Source of the DNA: an uncultured Alphaproteobacteria bacterium
GTDB lineage: Bacteria > Pseudomonadota > Alphaproteobacteria > Rs-D84
Direction: 5' to 3'
Length of the DNA: 64,000 bases
Assembly (NCBI GenBank): GCA_947053455.1
Contig: CAMRSV010000002.1
Coordinates: forward strand, 32,001 to 96,000
Under the pieces are notes generated by a model, which was not told the DNA's origin, made no database searches, and saw only the letters and a program-made list of their open reading frames with translations. A program made the translations under genes and the position numbers. Positions 10,795-21,397 of this stretch are shown here, in pieces (positions within the stretch are counted from its first letter, which is position 1; each line of letters starts with the position of its first letter).

Positions 10795-11763
10795 ATGATG
10801 AAAAAATCTTTTATACTGGGAGGCATAATGTTACCCATGGTGGCATTTGGGAATAATATATCCATGGATGAAACACAATACATTATATCAAGTGCCGAAA
10901 AATTATTAAAAACTACCCGTGTTTTATGCAGCGGCATTTCAGATGAGTTATCACAAGTTTCCGGTGTTGCCAAGACTGAAACGGCTATAAACGCTGTTGG
11001 GGCCGCCGCGGGTGGCGGTGCGGTGTATGCCGGACTAAAAAAATCGCAATTGGACAAAGAAATTGAAACATTAATGGATAAAATGTGCACCGGTGGCGGA
11101 TGTTCTGCAAACGGTATAAAATCAATGTCAGATGATGATTTCGTAGAAAATGTTCTAACATCGATGGCGAACATGTCAAAGTTGTCCGATGAAATTGCAA
11201 ATGCGGAAAAGAAATCGAAAACTTTGGGAAATTGGCGTACGGGACTGATGGCGGGAAATACAGCAACAAATATTGCATCGTCAATTGTGGCGGGAATAAA
11301 TATGAATCAATCTGATTTGGTGCAACATGTTATGGCCTGCAACAATTCTTTGACACATTTAGAACAAGCTTACAATAACTTACTGGTAAGTGGGCTAAAT
11401 CCATATGAAACACCGCTGATGATTAAAATTAACAAAATTAAGAATAATTGTGGTGAAATTGATCAAAAAGATATTTTAAAAATAGAAAACTCAATGGCCG
11501 GGGTTGTGGGGATAGGTGCAGCGGGTTCAATCGCTGGTGTCGTCGGCACCGTTGTAAGTGCCAAGGCAAATTCTAATAAAATTCGTAATGACACAAGCGA
11601 AACCGGTCGGCACAAAGAAAGAAATTTAAATACGACCGCAAATGTAATGGCTGTTGCCGGAACTGGGACCAGTATAGCCGGCACGGCAAGCAATGCGATA
11701 ATGATATCGAAAATAAAAAAATTAATTAAACGGGCGCAATATTGCGAGGAGGTTTTACAATGA
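10795..11763 (+). CDS. secreted hypothetical protein with Gly/Ala-rich hydrophobic helices
   Basis: AAGGAG RBS then ATG; signal peptide; repeated GxxxG-type segments. The upstream extension in the ORF track runs through element A. Confidence 0.8.
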   Translation: MMKKSFILGGIMLPMVAFGNNISMDETQYIISSAEKLLKTTRVLCSGISDELSQVSGVAKTETAINAVGAAAGGGAVYAGLKKSQLDKEIETLMDKMCTGGGCSANGIKSMSDDDFVENVLTSMANMSKLSDEIANAEKKSKTLGNWRTGLMAGNTATNIASSIVAGINMNQSDLVQHVMACNNSLTHLEQAYNNLLVSGLNPYETPLMIKINKIKNNCGEIDQKDILKIENSMAGVVGIGAAGSIAGVVGTVVSAKANSNKIRNDTSETGRHKERNLNTTANVMAVAGTGTSIAGTASNAIMISKIKKLIKRAQYCEEVLQ

Positions 11764-12500
11764 AGCAAATATTATCTGTCTTATCTATTTTATGCGTGTT
11801 GGCTCCATTCGCTGCATTAGCAGATGCGCCAAGTAAAATAATCGCGTCTGGGAATGAGTTTTTTTCATGGACGACCGAATTTATGAAATATATTAAAGAT
11901 TATAAAGAACTGTTGGATGTTGCATATGGAATATGCCAAAAGACAAAAGATTATATATCAAATAACAATATAACACTGCGATACGAAGGCGTCGAATATG
12001 ATAGCGACAGGATGTTGAACTGCGACATCGCGACGCAACCAAATGTCACCCAAGAAGAAATAGAAAGCCTGATGCAACGCTGCGGGATGGTCGCCATAAT
12101 GATTATAGAAAATGGCAAAAACGCCCGCGCCGCCGCATTGGCAAGCGATTCACACAAAGCACCAAAAGAACGCCTGATTGCAAATATTGCGAAACGGCAA
12201 TGCGCGCGATTTAACCCGCGCACCGTGACAAATATTGATATATCTTGTCGTATTGATACGGTCACACGATGCCTGGTTAAGGAAACCATAGGCGAACCGG
12301 GTTATGATGATACAACATACCCGACATGTTGCATTGTATCAGACCGATTGGTTGATGAAATCAATATTGATTCGGATGGCAACGCGACTATAAAAACAAC
12401 GGTTTCATACGCAGATTTTACAAAGGTTGCACATGATGCGATGCTTTCCAACAAGGCAGATAAATTAACACTTGATAACTTTGACGATAAATGCAAATAA
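11760..12500 (+). CDS. secreted Cys-containing hypothetical protein
   Basis: GGAGG RBS, ATGA overlap with the upstream stop, signal peptide ending ALA. Confidence 0.75.
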   Translation: MKQILSVLSILCVLAPFAALADAPSKIIASGNEFFSWTTEFMKYIKDYKELLDVAYGICQKTKDYISNNNITLRYEGVEYDSDRMLNCDIATQPNVTQEEIESLMQRCGMVAIMIIENGKNARAAALASDSHKAPKERLIANIAKRQCARFNPRTVTNIDISCRIDTVTRCLVKETIGEPGYDDTTYPTCCIVSDRLVDEINIDSDGNATIKTTVSYADFTKVAHDAMLSNKADKLTLDNFDDKCK

Positions 12501-12525
12501 AAAATCCCCCAAATGGGGGATTTTT
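12499..12525. terminator. bidirectional intrinsic terminator
   Basis: AAAAATCCCCC-AAAT-GGGGGATTTTT between convergent genes. Confidence 0.8.
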
Positions 12526-13102
12526 AACGCTGCTTATTCTTCAGGCCGTGATATATTTGATTAAAATGCATTCGGCACACGGATTTATAGTTTGAATCGC
12601 CGACACAAATCTGGTCGCCGCCCCGGATTACATTGCCGTCCGCATCAAATCGTAAATGATGTGTTGCAAAGTGCATACATTCCGGAATCATACACGATGT
12701 TTCTGCCTGATGCAATTTTGCCCCCACTTCTACCAAGCGGGCAGATGTGGGAAACAATTTTTCATTACTATCCACCATAAGACCATAACATATCACCAGT
12801 AAACCTTTGATATCTGCAATTCGCACCAGACAATCAATATCACTGGGCGCAAAAAATTGTATTTCATCAACCAATATAACTTTTGTTTTCGGCGCCGGTT
12901 CATAATTGTCAAAAGATTTTAATACCAATGCTTCGGCTTCATCTTTGGTTGCACGCGATTTAACTGTTGTAGAACGTGTATCGCTTAACGGTTTTATTAT
13001 TTCAACCGGGATGTTTTTAAGTTGAAAATTATGCGCCGTCATAATCAACATAGCAGACTTTGCCGATTGCATAACGCCATAATGAAAATGTAATTTTGCC
13101 AT
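12524..13102 (-). CDS. tdk: thymidine kinase
   Basis: YGVMQSAKS P-loop, ILVDEIQF, ICYGL, Zn-site Cys and YKSVCR. Confidence 0.92.
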   Translation of the reverse strand: MAKLHFHYGVMQSAKSAMLIMTAHNFQLKNIPVEIIKPLSDTRSTTVKSRATKDEAEALVLKSFDNYEPAPKTKVILVDEIQFFAPSDIDCLVRIADIKGLLVICYGLMVDSNEKLFPTSARLVEVGAKLHQAETSCMIPECMHFATHHLRFDADGNVIRGGDQICVGDSNYKSVCRMHFNQIYHGLKNKQR

Positions 13103-13201
13103 TTCGCACCCCCTTTCTGAAACCGACTTTGGTCATAGCAAATGGTTCCTGTTATAAATTCAAATTTTCGCCCCTATTATAATCAAAAAGTGGTCTATGT
13201 C

Positions 13202-14347
13202 ATGAGAAAAATATTTATGCTATTTTTTATGGTTTTAGGTCTGGGGGCACATGCGGCAAACGCGGGCGTATCGCGACAATATCTGGCGGATGCCGGGAAA
13301 GCATGGGCGGCGGCATTAAGCGGGGTTGGTAGCAACAGCAGCGAAATTGCACGGCAATTGTCACAATACCACAACAGCGACCTTGTAAGATTTAACGAAT
13401 TAATCGGTATTATTGCATATAACGACACAGCACTTGCGATATACGAGGCCACAAAACATCTGGACATGGCATATTCGGTAATATCACGCCCAATGGCGGC
13501 ACGCCGAACAACATGCGCAAATAATTTATCCAACTGCGCGGTTCGACGCCGCACATTAAGTGCAGAAATAGAACTCTTTGCATCAACTGCAGACTTTGAT
13601 TCTGATGCAAACGGTGACTTTACAATTGACGGCACGGGTCTGTCCATTAGAGCCAAAGGCTACGCCGCAGACGGGTTCGCATTCGGGGTTGGGTACACCC
13701 ACAGTTCCGCCGACACACGCGATAATCCAGTCTATAACGATGCAAAGGGAAACAGCGTAACACTGTTTGCACAATATTTAGCGGAATCGGGGCTCTTTTT
13801 GAATATAGCGGCTGTTGGCGGACACATCAGTTGGGAAACCGACAAAACAATTGCCGCAATCCGTGACGACGGTGTTTATGATGCTGATTTCTGGTCGGGG
13901 CAAATCGTCACAGGCATTCAATTATCGCGGGGACCTTTGTTCTTTGCACCACGCATGGACGTGCGTTATGCACACTTGAAATCAGACGCCCATACAGACG
14001 GCGCCGCGCAGAGTTTTGACCGTTGGCGATATGATGTACTAACCGCCGGGCTAGACTTGGAAATGGGCGCAAATTTTGCTGTGAACGGTTTTGTCGTACG
14101 TCCTAATATAACGATTGGCGGTGGATATGATATTATCAGTCATGCCGACGATAATATCACCGTGCAGGTTATTGGAAATCAAAGATACGATATACCTGTG
14201 GAACGACCCGCACGCGCCGCACTACGGGGCGGACTGGGCATTGGGGTATACGGCGCGTCGTTTGCCATAACGCTGGATTATAAATTGGATTCGCGGTCTG
14301 ATTACATGGCGCATACGGGAATGCTGAACGCAAAGATTGCGTTTTAA
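13202..14347 (+). CDS. autotransporter-type beta-barrel outer membrane protein
   Basis: Signal peptide, short passenger, amphipathic beta strands, terminal Phe. Confidence 0.75.
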   Translation: MRKIFMLFFMVLGLGAHAANAGVSRQYLADAGKAWAAALSGVGSNSSEIARQLSQYHNSDLVRFNELIGIIAYNDTALAIYEATKHLDMAYSVISRPMAARRTTCANNLSNCAVRRRTLSAEIELFASTADFDSDANGDFTIDGTGLSIRAKGYAADGFAFGVGYTHSSADTRDNPVYNDAKGNSVTLFAQYLAESGLFLNIAAVGGHISWETDKTIAAIRDDGVYDADFWSGQIVTGIQLSRGPLFFAPRMDVRYAHLKSDAHTDGAAQSFDRWRYDVLTAGLDLEMGANFAVNGFVVRPNITIGGGYDIISHADDNITVQVIGNQRYDIPVERPARAALRGGLGIGVYGASFAITLDYKLDSRSDYMAHTGMLNAKIAF

Positions 14348-14380
14348 CAATTAGAAAAAATATGCTATAATACACGCGTT

Positions 14381-15175
14381 ATGAAATATGACTTAATGCG
14401 TGTTTTTATTTACGTTACGCTGGTTGGTTTTTGCGGCGGCCAATCTGTTGCGGCCGGGTTACTTAAACCGGTAAAGTTTGCGACAACATATGCCGACCTG
14501 CCCTTTGCGGTGCGAATGGAAAATGAACGCGCCGGGTTTGAGGACTGGGAACCCGAATATGACGCAAATGGACGTTGTATCCGCGGATGCGCATACCAAG
14601 GCATGAACATAGAAGACGATTTGAAGGCAATGGAACGCCAAACGCAGATTGCAGTCGCCCAGATGAATCAGGACACATCGCAAATCACGCATCCGGCGCC
14701 ATCGATGGATGTTACGAAACAACCGGCTGTGATAACACCGCAATGCACGCCGTCAAACCCGGCAATTGCGCCTGGGCAAATTTACCCCAGCGGGGAACCA
14801 TTAATCGGACGACACACAATAACCTCTCAATACGGTGATAGAATTCATCCTGTCACAAAAATCCGGACACCACACCGCGGAATTGACTTTTCCGCCCCCA
14901 TCGGAACAGATGTTTTTTCACCGGCAACCGGCACTGTTGCATCTGTTTGGTCGGACAATACATGTGGGCGCGGCATTCGTATAACGCATTCTGGCGGCTT
15001 TGAAAGCGTTTATTGCCATCTAAATTCACAATTGGTAAAGGTGGGCGATACGGTAAATGCTGGTTGCCGCATTGGACAAAGTGGTAATACCGGCCGCACC
15101 ACAGGCGCACATTTACATTATGGGATAAAGCATAATGGAACCTATGTAAATCCCAATAAATTCATCGGTCGATAA
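14381..15175 (+). CDS. M23 family metallopeptidase
   Basis: HRGID, YCHL, TGAHLHY motifs. Confidence 0.9.
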   Translation: MKYDLMRVFIYVTLVGFCGGQSVAAGLLKPVKFATTYADLPFAVRMENERAGFEDWEPEYDANGRCIRGCAYQGMNIEDDLKAMERQTQIAVAQMNQDTSQITHPAPSMDVTKQPAVITPQCTPSNPAIAPGQIYPSGEPLIGRHTITSQYGDRIHPVTKIRTPHRGIDFSAPIGTDVFSPATGTVASVWSDNTCGRGIRITHSGGFESVYCHLNSQLVKVGDTVNAGCRIGQSGNTGRTTGAHLHYGIKHNGTYVNPNKFIGR

Positions 15176-15176
15176 T

Positions 15177-15554
15177 TTATTCGTGATGTTTTTGTTTCAT
15201 GAATTGTACATGAAAACTGCCATTATTTATCGGGGCAAAAGAATAAATGTATGGCGCCAATATGCTTTCTGTGGCCCATTGTGGGAATTTTTGATGCAAG
15301 ATTCCACTGGCGCCGGTAATAATCGTTGCGGTTCGTGTGCCTGATTTTGCGACCCGCATAATCGCGTTCCACGCCTGTTCTTCGGTATATTGGTGCAAAT
15401 CAATGGCGACATGCTTTGCCGCGACGGCGCGTTTGGCGGGTATTAATTTCCCCAAACACAGATTACGCCGCACACTCTGATTTACCGCACGCGTATCAGG
15501 CGTAAATTTACATGACGCCATTTGTTCAATATCTGCATCCGACAACTGTTTCAT
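15177..15554 (-). CDS. Smr domain protein
   Basis: IDLH..T..QA, IITG, NxGSF pattern. Confidence 0.75.
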   Translation of the reverse strand: MKQLSDADIEQMASCKFTPDTRAVNQSVRRNLCLGKLIPAKRAVAAKHVAIDLHQYTEEQAWNAIMRVAKSGTRTATIITGASGILHQKFPQWATESILAPYIYSFAPINNGSFHVQFMKQKHHE

Positions 15555-15613
15555 AATTCTGGAATAATAATACGAATAAAAATATATTCCAGTAAATATG
15601 GCAAATTTATAAT

Positions 15614-16021
15614 TTATTTTATGTCCCTAAAAATCGCGTTACGCAACTGTTTATTAGACACAATGTCACGCGCGCAAAAACTGGCACACCAATTTTGGCA
15701 TTCGTTTGCATAAACATAACTGCGCAAAAATACATACTGCGACCGAAATGGACTGGATATTCGGCACCAGCAGCCAATTGCATCGTCCCCATCTTCGGGT
15801 GCGGTCAAAATTTCGGTCTGCGTATATGCGGGCGCCTCAACATCATTGCAAACGCCGACACCCTTTACCACCAATTCATCCGTGCCATTATCGCATAATG
15901 CAGCCCAGTTATCACCAGAATATTCCGAATTTTTACATTTTATTTCCGGCGGCAATATTTTGGCGCACAACGCCGCATGCGAAACAAACGCCAGACCAGT
16001 GGCAATCATTAGATATTTCAT
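15614..16021 (-). CDS. Cys-rich secreted protein
   Basis: AGGGG RBS, signal peptide, CWC and CxxxCxxxC motifs. Confidence 0.75.
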   Translation of the reverse strand: MKYLMIATGLAFVSHAALCAKILPPEIKCKNSEYSGDNWAALCDNGTDELVVKGVGVCNDVEAPAYTQTEILTAPEDGDDAIGCWCRISSPFRSQYVFLRSYVYANECQNWCASFCARDIVSNKQLRNAIFRDIK

Positions 16022-16048
16022 TTTCTATTTCCCCTTTGGTTAAAGAAC

Positions 16049-16255
16049 AAAACCACCAAAAAGGTGGTCGGGAAGTTAGAAAAATCATAAATCAGAATGA
16101 TCCCGCTGGTCTTTGGGCGATCCCTGTTGTATAACCAACGGCCTCCCGACAACGTGCCGGGCAAGCACGGGAACATCCCGTGGCATTGGATACGGTGCAC
16201 TGCACCGCTGATTTATGGGATTTTCTACGTCCCGAACCCACATCCCTGCAGGTTC
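16049..16255 (-). ncRNA. structured leader/attenuator-like element, copy B (most diverged)
   Basis: On the minus strand: 5' hairpin; TAGAAAAT..CATAAATCAG pairs with CTGATTTATG..TTTTCTA; CCCGGC / GTCGGGAGG / CTTCCCGAC switch; ACCACC-GGTGGT + T-tract. Confidence 0.75.
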
Positions 16256-16261
16256 AATAAA

Positions 16262-16290
16262 AGTATAATTTATATTTACCGCAAATACAA
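16262..16290 (-). promoter_or_regulatory. sigma70-type promoter of element B
   Basis: TTGTAT-N17-TATACT on the minus strand. Confidence 0.7.
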
Positions 16291-16341
16291 GAAATATAAA
16301 ATTCCTTGAAAATAATTCAAAAAAATTATACACCGTAAACT

Positions 16342-16647
16342 ATGAAATCTGAAAATAATATTGATATAAACCAACTGCCGGGAACGGAATTTCAACATGA
16401 TATTTGGCGCGCACTAATGAAAATACCACGCGGGACGGTACGAACATATGCCCAACTGGCCAAAATGTCGGGGCACCCGAACGCCGTGCGCGCCGTGGCC
16501 AATGCTGTTGGGAAAAATCCCATGCCACCCACCATTCCATGCCATCGCGTCATACGCAGTGATGGCAAAATCGGCGGCTATTCCGCCCCGGGTGGGATAA
16601 GGCGAAAAATTGAATTACTTAAATCAGAGGGCATTGAACTTCCATAA
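16342..16647 (+). CDS. ogt: O6-methylguanine-DNA methyltransferase (MGMT family)
   Basis: IPRG..TY, RAVANA, IPCHRV active site. Confidence 0.88.
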   Translation: MKSENNIDINQLPGTEFQHDIWRALMKIPRGTVRTYAQLAKMSGHPNAVRAVANAVGKNPMPPTIPCHRVIRSDGKIGGYSAPGGIRRKIELLKSEGIELP

Positions 16648-16674
16648 AAAATCCCGCAAATGCGGGATTTTTTT
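16646..16674. terminator. bidirectional intrinsic terminator
   Basis: Same AAATCCCGCAAATGCGGGATTT core as at 9938. Confidence 0.8.
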
Positions 16675-17935
16675 ACATTTGAATAAACAAGTTCGGATTT
16701 TCAGCCAATTTTTCAATTCCGCCATCCAATACCTTGCGATATTCCAAGAATTTTTTCTTATCCGCACTACCTAAATTACTAATTGCAGGTAATTTTACTG
16801 TCAACGGATTTACATGCTTGCCATTTTTGATTATTTCATAATGCAAATGCGGCCCCGTAGATAATCCGGTCGAACCAACATATCCAATTGTCTGTCCCTG
16901 GCGCACATTGGTGCCCACGGTGACACCCTTGGCAAAGCGAGACATATGCGCATAAAGCGTTTCATAAGACCCATTGTGGCGCAATTTTATATAATTGCCA
17001 TGTCCATTGTTGTACCCGCGTGCAACAACACGTCCCGCACCCGCCGCCGGAATTGGTGTACCGGTAGATGCACGGAAATCAACCCCCTTATGCGCACGTG
17101 TATACCCCAGCACCGGATGCTTGCGCCGGCCGGAAAAACTGCTGGTAACCTTGGCATTGTTAATCGGCGTACGCTTTAGTGATTTTATTGCACCATTACC
17201 ATCTTCATCATAATATCCGGACGCACCGTCAGCCTTTTTGAACCGATACATGCGCACATTGCCGCGTAATGCATCAAACGACACCGCCAAAACGCGACCA
17301 TTATCAACCTTTTGATTATCGGAATAATTTTCCTCATACACGACCCAGAATTTTTGCCCCGCGCGCACATCACGTTCAAAGTCCATTTCAAACGCCAGCA
17401 AATCATATACGTCCGCCAATATGCCCGCCGGTATTCCTGCACGCATCCCCGCCAGATAAAAACTATCACCGTCCAATATTTCACCAGTATGATAAACCGC
17501 GCGCGTATCAGGTGTAATATCAACTGTATTGCACTGCCATTGGCCGTCGGTATTACGTGACACCTCAACCCGGCGCCACGGAGACGGAATTATTGCAAAT
17601 CTGGTCGCAGGCGCATCTTCGTTGTCACGTATAAATTCAATTTTATCACTCTGCGCACGCAGGGTTGTAATATCGGCATCTTTCTTTAAAATTTTTGCAA
17701 TCGCATCCACATCGGAATATGTCAATCCCTGTTCCGTCAACAATTTAGACAACGTATCGCCATCCGCCACCTGAACCGTAATGATTTGTGAATCAGATTT
17801 GGAGCAATTTGGCGCCACGCGCGGCGCACGATGCGTCAGAACGACAATTATCGCAGCCACACTTAATGCCGCAGCCACACCCAAAATAACCCATGTTAAT
17901 ATACGTAAATTAAGAATATCTTTTGCTTTTTTCAT
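16673..17935 (-). CDS. M23 peptidoglycan DD-endopeptidase (MepM-like)
   Basis: TM anchor, LysM-like GDTL, HKGVDF, YAHM, TGPHLHYE. Confidence 0.9.
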   Translation of the reverse strand: MKKAKDILNLRILTWVILGVAAALSVAAIIVVLTHRAPRVAPNCSKSDSQIITVQVADGDTLSKLLTEQGLTYSDVDAIAKILKKDADITTLRAQSDKIEFIRDNEDAPATRFAIIPSPWRRVEVSRNTDGQWQCNTVDITPDTRAVYHTGEILDGDSFYLAGMRAGIPAGILADVYDLLAFEMDFERDVRAGQKFWVVYEENYSDNQKVDNGRVLAVSFDALRGNVRMYRFKKADGASGYYDEDGNGAIKSLKRTPINNAKVTSSFSGRRKHPVLGYTRAHKGVDFRASTGTPIPAAGAGRVVARGYNNGHGNYIKLRHNGSYETLYAHMSRFAKGVTVGTNVRQGQTIGYVGSTGLSTGPHLHYEIIKNGKHVNPLTVKLPAISNLGSADKKKFLEYRKVLDGGIEKLAENPNLFIQM

Positions 17936-17956
17936 GGAATCCATTATACTATTTTT

Positions 17957-18727
17957 ATGCAAACAAATCAAGCCTTCACAATTTTACAAAATGCCGGCGG
18001 TGTTCGTGCAGCGCGCATTATCACAGAAAATCAACCAAAATTAACGACTTTTACCGTATGGCGAATGGCAAAAAAATTACGGCGCGGTGTTCCGGTTGCA
18101 AAAATCATTCATCGCAAATGGTTCTATGGTTTACCGTTTTATACAAATGCGCACACTTTGGATCCACGGCCGGATACGGAAACGCTTGTATCGGCGGTAA
18201 TTTCAGATATTACCCCCGGGCAATCCACCAAAATCCTGGATCTTGGCACCGGCACCGGATGTATAATTGGCGCAATCATTAAAAATATTGCCGATGCACA
18301 CGGTGTTGCTGTGGAAAAATCATGGCGCGCCGCACTCGTTGCAAAACGAAATTTTCGCGATTTGAAAATATTTGACCGGGTAAAAATCCGCCGTGCGTCT
18401 TTTACAAAACAAAATGCAATCCGTGAAAAGTTTGACGTTATAGTGTCCAATCCGCCATATATTGCAATTGGCGATGCGCGCGTGGATGCGGGTGCACTGC
18501 ATGACCCAAAATTGGCTCTTTACGCGACGGACGGCGGATTTGCAGCATACCGTGAAATTGCAAAAAATGCGCGCAAATGGATACGCGCAAATGGAAAAAT
18601 ATATTTGGAAATTGGTATTGATATGGGTGCGTCGGTTCGTGAAATATTTGAATTAAACGGGTGGAAATTTATCCGGGGCGAAAATGATTTAAGCGGTACC
18701 GAACGCGTGCTAATATTTCAATTATAG
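17957..18727 (+). CDS. prmC: release factor glutamine methyltransferase
   Basis: PRPDTE, LDLGTGTGC, SNPPYI. Confidence 0.92.
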   Translation: MQTNQAFTILQNAGGVRAARIITENQPKLTTFTVWRMAKKLRRGVPVAKIIHRKWFYGLPFYTNAHTLDPRPDTETLVSAVISDITPGQSTKILDLGTGTGCIIGAIIKNIADAHGVAVEKSWRAALVAKRNFRDLKIFDRVKIRRASFTKQNAIREKFDVIVSNPPYIAIGDARVDAGALHDPKLALYATDGGFAAYREIAKNARKWIRANGKIYLEIGIDMGASVREIFELNGWKFIRGENDLSGTERVLIFQL

Positions 18728-18744
18728 GTCAATTTGGAACTAAT

Positions 18745-19458
18745 TTAATCCTTGCAACATTTGTGCCCACCACAACAATCCCCACCGTGGCAACAATGCC
18801 CACGCCCACATTCATTAGCCACAAAATACGGATTTTCACGCTTTAACATTTCAATTGTTGAATTCATTCCGTGTCCAAACACAACAAATGTATCATCTGG
18901 CAAATTCATTTCACGCAAACGCGCAATTGTTGCACGCAGCGCGCACATATCGCCGCCCGGCAAATCGCACCGGCCGACCGAATCCGCAAATATTGTGTCA
19001 CCTGCAATTAAAACCTTAAAATCCGGGAAATGAAACATCATGCCGCCCACACTGTGCCCGGGCGCGGCAACGGCGTGCATCCAAACCCCAGGCAGTATTT
19101 CAAATTCACCCGCCGGCAAATCGTTCGGACGCGCCGCCGACACATCAATTGCCGGCAATTCAAAATATTCCAGCAGTTCCGCGCCCCACCCTAGCAATAA
19201 ATTATCACGCGCATTCAAAAACCACGGGATATTATGCGCGGCGGCCAATTCCGGCGCCGCAGAAATATGATCCGGATGTCCGTGTGTAGAATATACTGCA
19301 CGCAGATTAAGTTTCCGTGACACCAATAATTCATTCCATGCGTCCGCACGCCCCCACGCGTCAAATATAACTGCATCCGAGCCACATGTCACCAATACGG
19401 AATTCGTATTTTCTGGCGCCATGCGCAGCACTTCAAAACTCGGCGAATTATTTTGCAT
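18745..19458 (-). CDS. MBL-fold metallo-hydrolase with His/Cys-rich tail
   Basis: THGHPDH, PGHS, GDTIF, GHG. Confidence 0.9.
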   Translation of the reverse strand: MQNNSPSFEVLRMAPENTNSVLVTCGSDAVIFDAWGRADAWNELLVSRKLNLRAVYSTHGHPDHISAAPELAAAHNIPWFLNARDNLLLGWGAELLEYFELPAIDVSAARPNDLPAGEFEILPGVWMHAVAAPGHSVGGMMFHFPDFKVLIAGDTIFADSVGRCDLPGGDMCALRATIARLREMNLPDDTFVVFGHGMNSTIEMLKRENPYFVANECGRGHCCHGGDCCGGHKCCKD

Positions 19459-21397
19459 TTGTTGACTTTGCTTTCTTTTTTGTTGGCGTATTCTTTTTTA
19501 TGGCCAAATCTGCCGCCTTTTCTGCGGATGCCTTTTTCTTTGTTTTTCCCAAAACAATTTCACGAATCTCGGCCCCGGTCAGGGTTTCACGCGCCAGCAA
19601 TTCGTTCGCCAGTTTTTCAACCGTAGCCCGGTTGCGGGTCAGCAATCTTTTAGCGTCACTGTACGCGGCGTCCATCCATGCGCGAATTTCCGCATCGACC
19701 ATTTCTGCGGTCTTTTCCGATGCGTTTTCCAACGCGCCGCGTGCGCCGAACGTATTGACCTGATTCACTGCCGCCAAACCAATTTTTGGCGACAGACCAG
19801 CCGTCGTTATCGCATACCGCGCCAGACGCGTCGCCATGGCAATGTCTCCTTCGGCGCCGGTGGTGATTTTATCCGCACCAAAGAATATTTCTTCGGACGC
19901 GCGTCCCGCCATGTACATGGACAAATTAGCCCGAATTTCTGCAATTGTTAATGAAACCTTGTCATCAATCGGCAATTGCTGAACCATGCCGAGCGCCCGC
20001 CCACGTGGGATAATCGTCGCCTTGTGTATAGGGTCAGAAACGTCCGCATACATTGTACTAACAAATGCATGCCCCGCCTCGTGATACGCGGTAAGTTTTA
20101 TATCCTCTGCACGCATTTTGCGAATTTTACGCGGCCCCATTATGATTTTATCACGCGCCTCCTCTACGTCGGCCTGGGCAATTTCCTTGCGACCACCACG
20201 CACCGCGTGCAGCGCAGCCTCGTTCAACAGGTTTTCCAAATCTGCCCCTGAAAAACCGGTTGTTCCGCGCGCCAAATCCTGCATGTTTACATCCGTACCA
20301 ATTTTTACGCGCTTTGCATACAAATCCAGAATTTCCCGTCGTCCCGACAAGTCCGGCAAATCAATATGCACCTGGCGGTCAAATCGACCGGGTCGCAGCA
20401 GCGCCGGATCCAGCATATCTGCACGATTTGTCGCACCAATAACAATTATTCCGGTATCATTTGAAAAGCCGTCCATTTCAATCAACAATTGATTCAATGT
20501 TTGTTCACGGTCTTGGTCGTTGTATGAATGTTGACTGCGGCGTTGTCCGATGGCATCAATTTCATCAATAAATAATATGCACGGCGCATTACGCTTTGCC
20601 ATTTCAAATATTTCCTTTATCTTGGCAACGCCTAGTCCCACGATAATTCCCGAAAAATCACTGCCCGATGCGGCAAAGAATGGAACATTCGCCTCACCTG
20701 CGATGGCACGCGCCAATAGTGTTTTTCCCGTTCCCGGCTGCCCCGACAGCAGGACACCACGCGGAACGCGGGCACCAACCGCCTTGAACTTTTCCTTGTT
20801 TTTCAGGAAATCCACAATTTCGGCTAATTCCTGTTTTTCAGAATCAATGCCGGCGACATCTTTGAATGTTGTTTTTGGCTTTCCGGTGGTGATTTTTGTT
20901 GGGTTTTGTTGTGCCAGCCCCCGCGTAATACCGCCCGCACCGCCACGCAGACCGCGGAATATCCACCATATAAAGAACACACCCATCAAAATCGGAATCC
21001 ATGTTCCCAGATAATCAACCCATGATTTAGATGTATCAATTGAAATCTTTGCGCCATTTTCCGCCAATTTAGTCAGGCTTGCCGGGTCATACGCAATTGT
21101 TGCGGTGTATTTTGTTCCGTCACGCAATGTACCCACTGCATCGTTACCGCGAATTGTCATCGTATCTATATCTTTCGCACGGCGCAAAACATCAGAAAAC
21201 GACAGTTTCATCGGTGCCGATGTGGCGCCGACACCGTCAAAGGCATTTGACATCTGCATATGCACGGCCGGCGTCGCCACAAATGACCGCGCCAGCATTG
21301 CACCAAACATCAGCACAAACAGCAGCAACCAAACCGAACCACCGTCACGTTTTTTCTTGTTATTGATATTATTAAATATTTCTTTTGTTTTTTTCAT
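19448..21397 (-). CDS. ftsH: ATP-dependent zinc metalloprotease FtsH
   Basis: Two TMs, GQPGTGKT, FIDEID, RPGRFDR, HEAGH. Confidence 0.97.
   Translation of the reverse strand: MKKTKEIFNNINNKKKRDGGSVWLLLFVLMFGAMLARSFVATPAVHMQMSNAFDGVGATSAPMKLSFSDVLRRAKDIDTMTIRGNDAVGTLRDGTKYTATIAYDPASLTKLAENGAKISIDTSKSWVDYLGTWIPILMGVFFIWWIFRGLRGGAGGITRGLAQQNPTKITTGKPKTTFKDVAGIDSEKQELAEIVDFLKNKEKFKAVGARVPRGVLLSGQPGTGKTLLARAIAGEANVPFFAASGSDFSGIIVGLGVAKIKEIFEMAKRNAPCILFIDEIDAIGQRRSQHSYNDQDREQTLNQLLIEMDGFSNDTGIIVIGATNRADMLDPALLRPGRFDRQVHIDLPDLSGRREILDLYAKRVKIGTDVNMQDLARGTTGFSGADLENLLNEAALHAVRGGRKEIAQADVEEARDKIIMGPRKIRKMRAEDIKLTAYHEAGHAFVSTMYADVSDPIHKATIIPRGRALGMVQQLPIDDKVSLTIAEIRANLSMYMAGRASEEIFFGADKITTGAEGDIAMATRLARYAITTAGLSPKIGLAAVNQVNTFGARGALENASEKTAEMVDAEIRAWMDAAYSDAKRLLTRNRATVEKLANELLARETLTGAEIREIVLGKTKKKASAEKAADLAIKKNTPTKKKAKSTNAK

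Noticed and set aside
16018-16333. Short ORFs overlapping element B, and similar ones over C/D (26004-26198) and F (29678-29995)
   Set aside because: No RBS or protein-like signal and not shared between copies; likely incidental.
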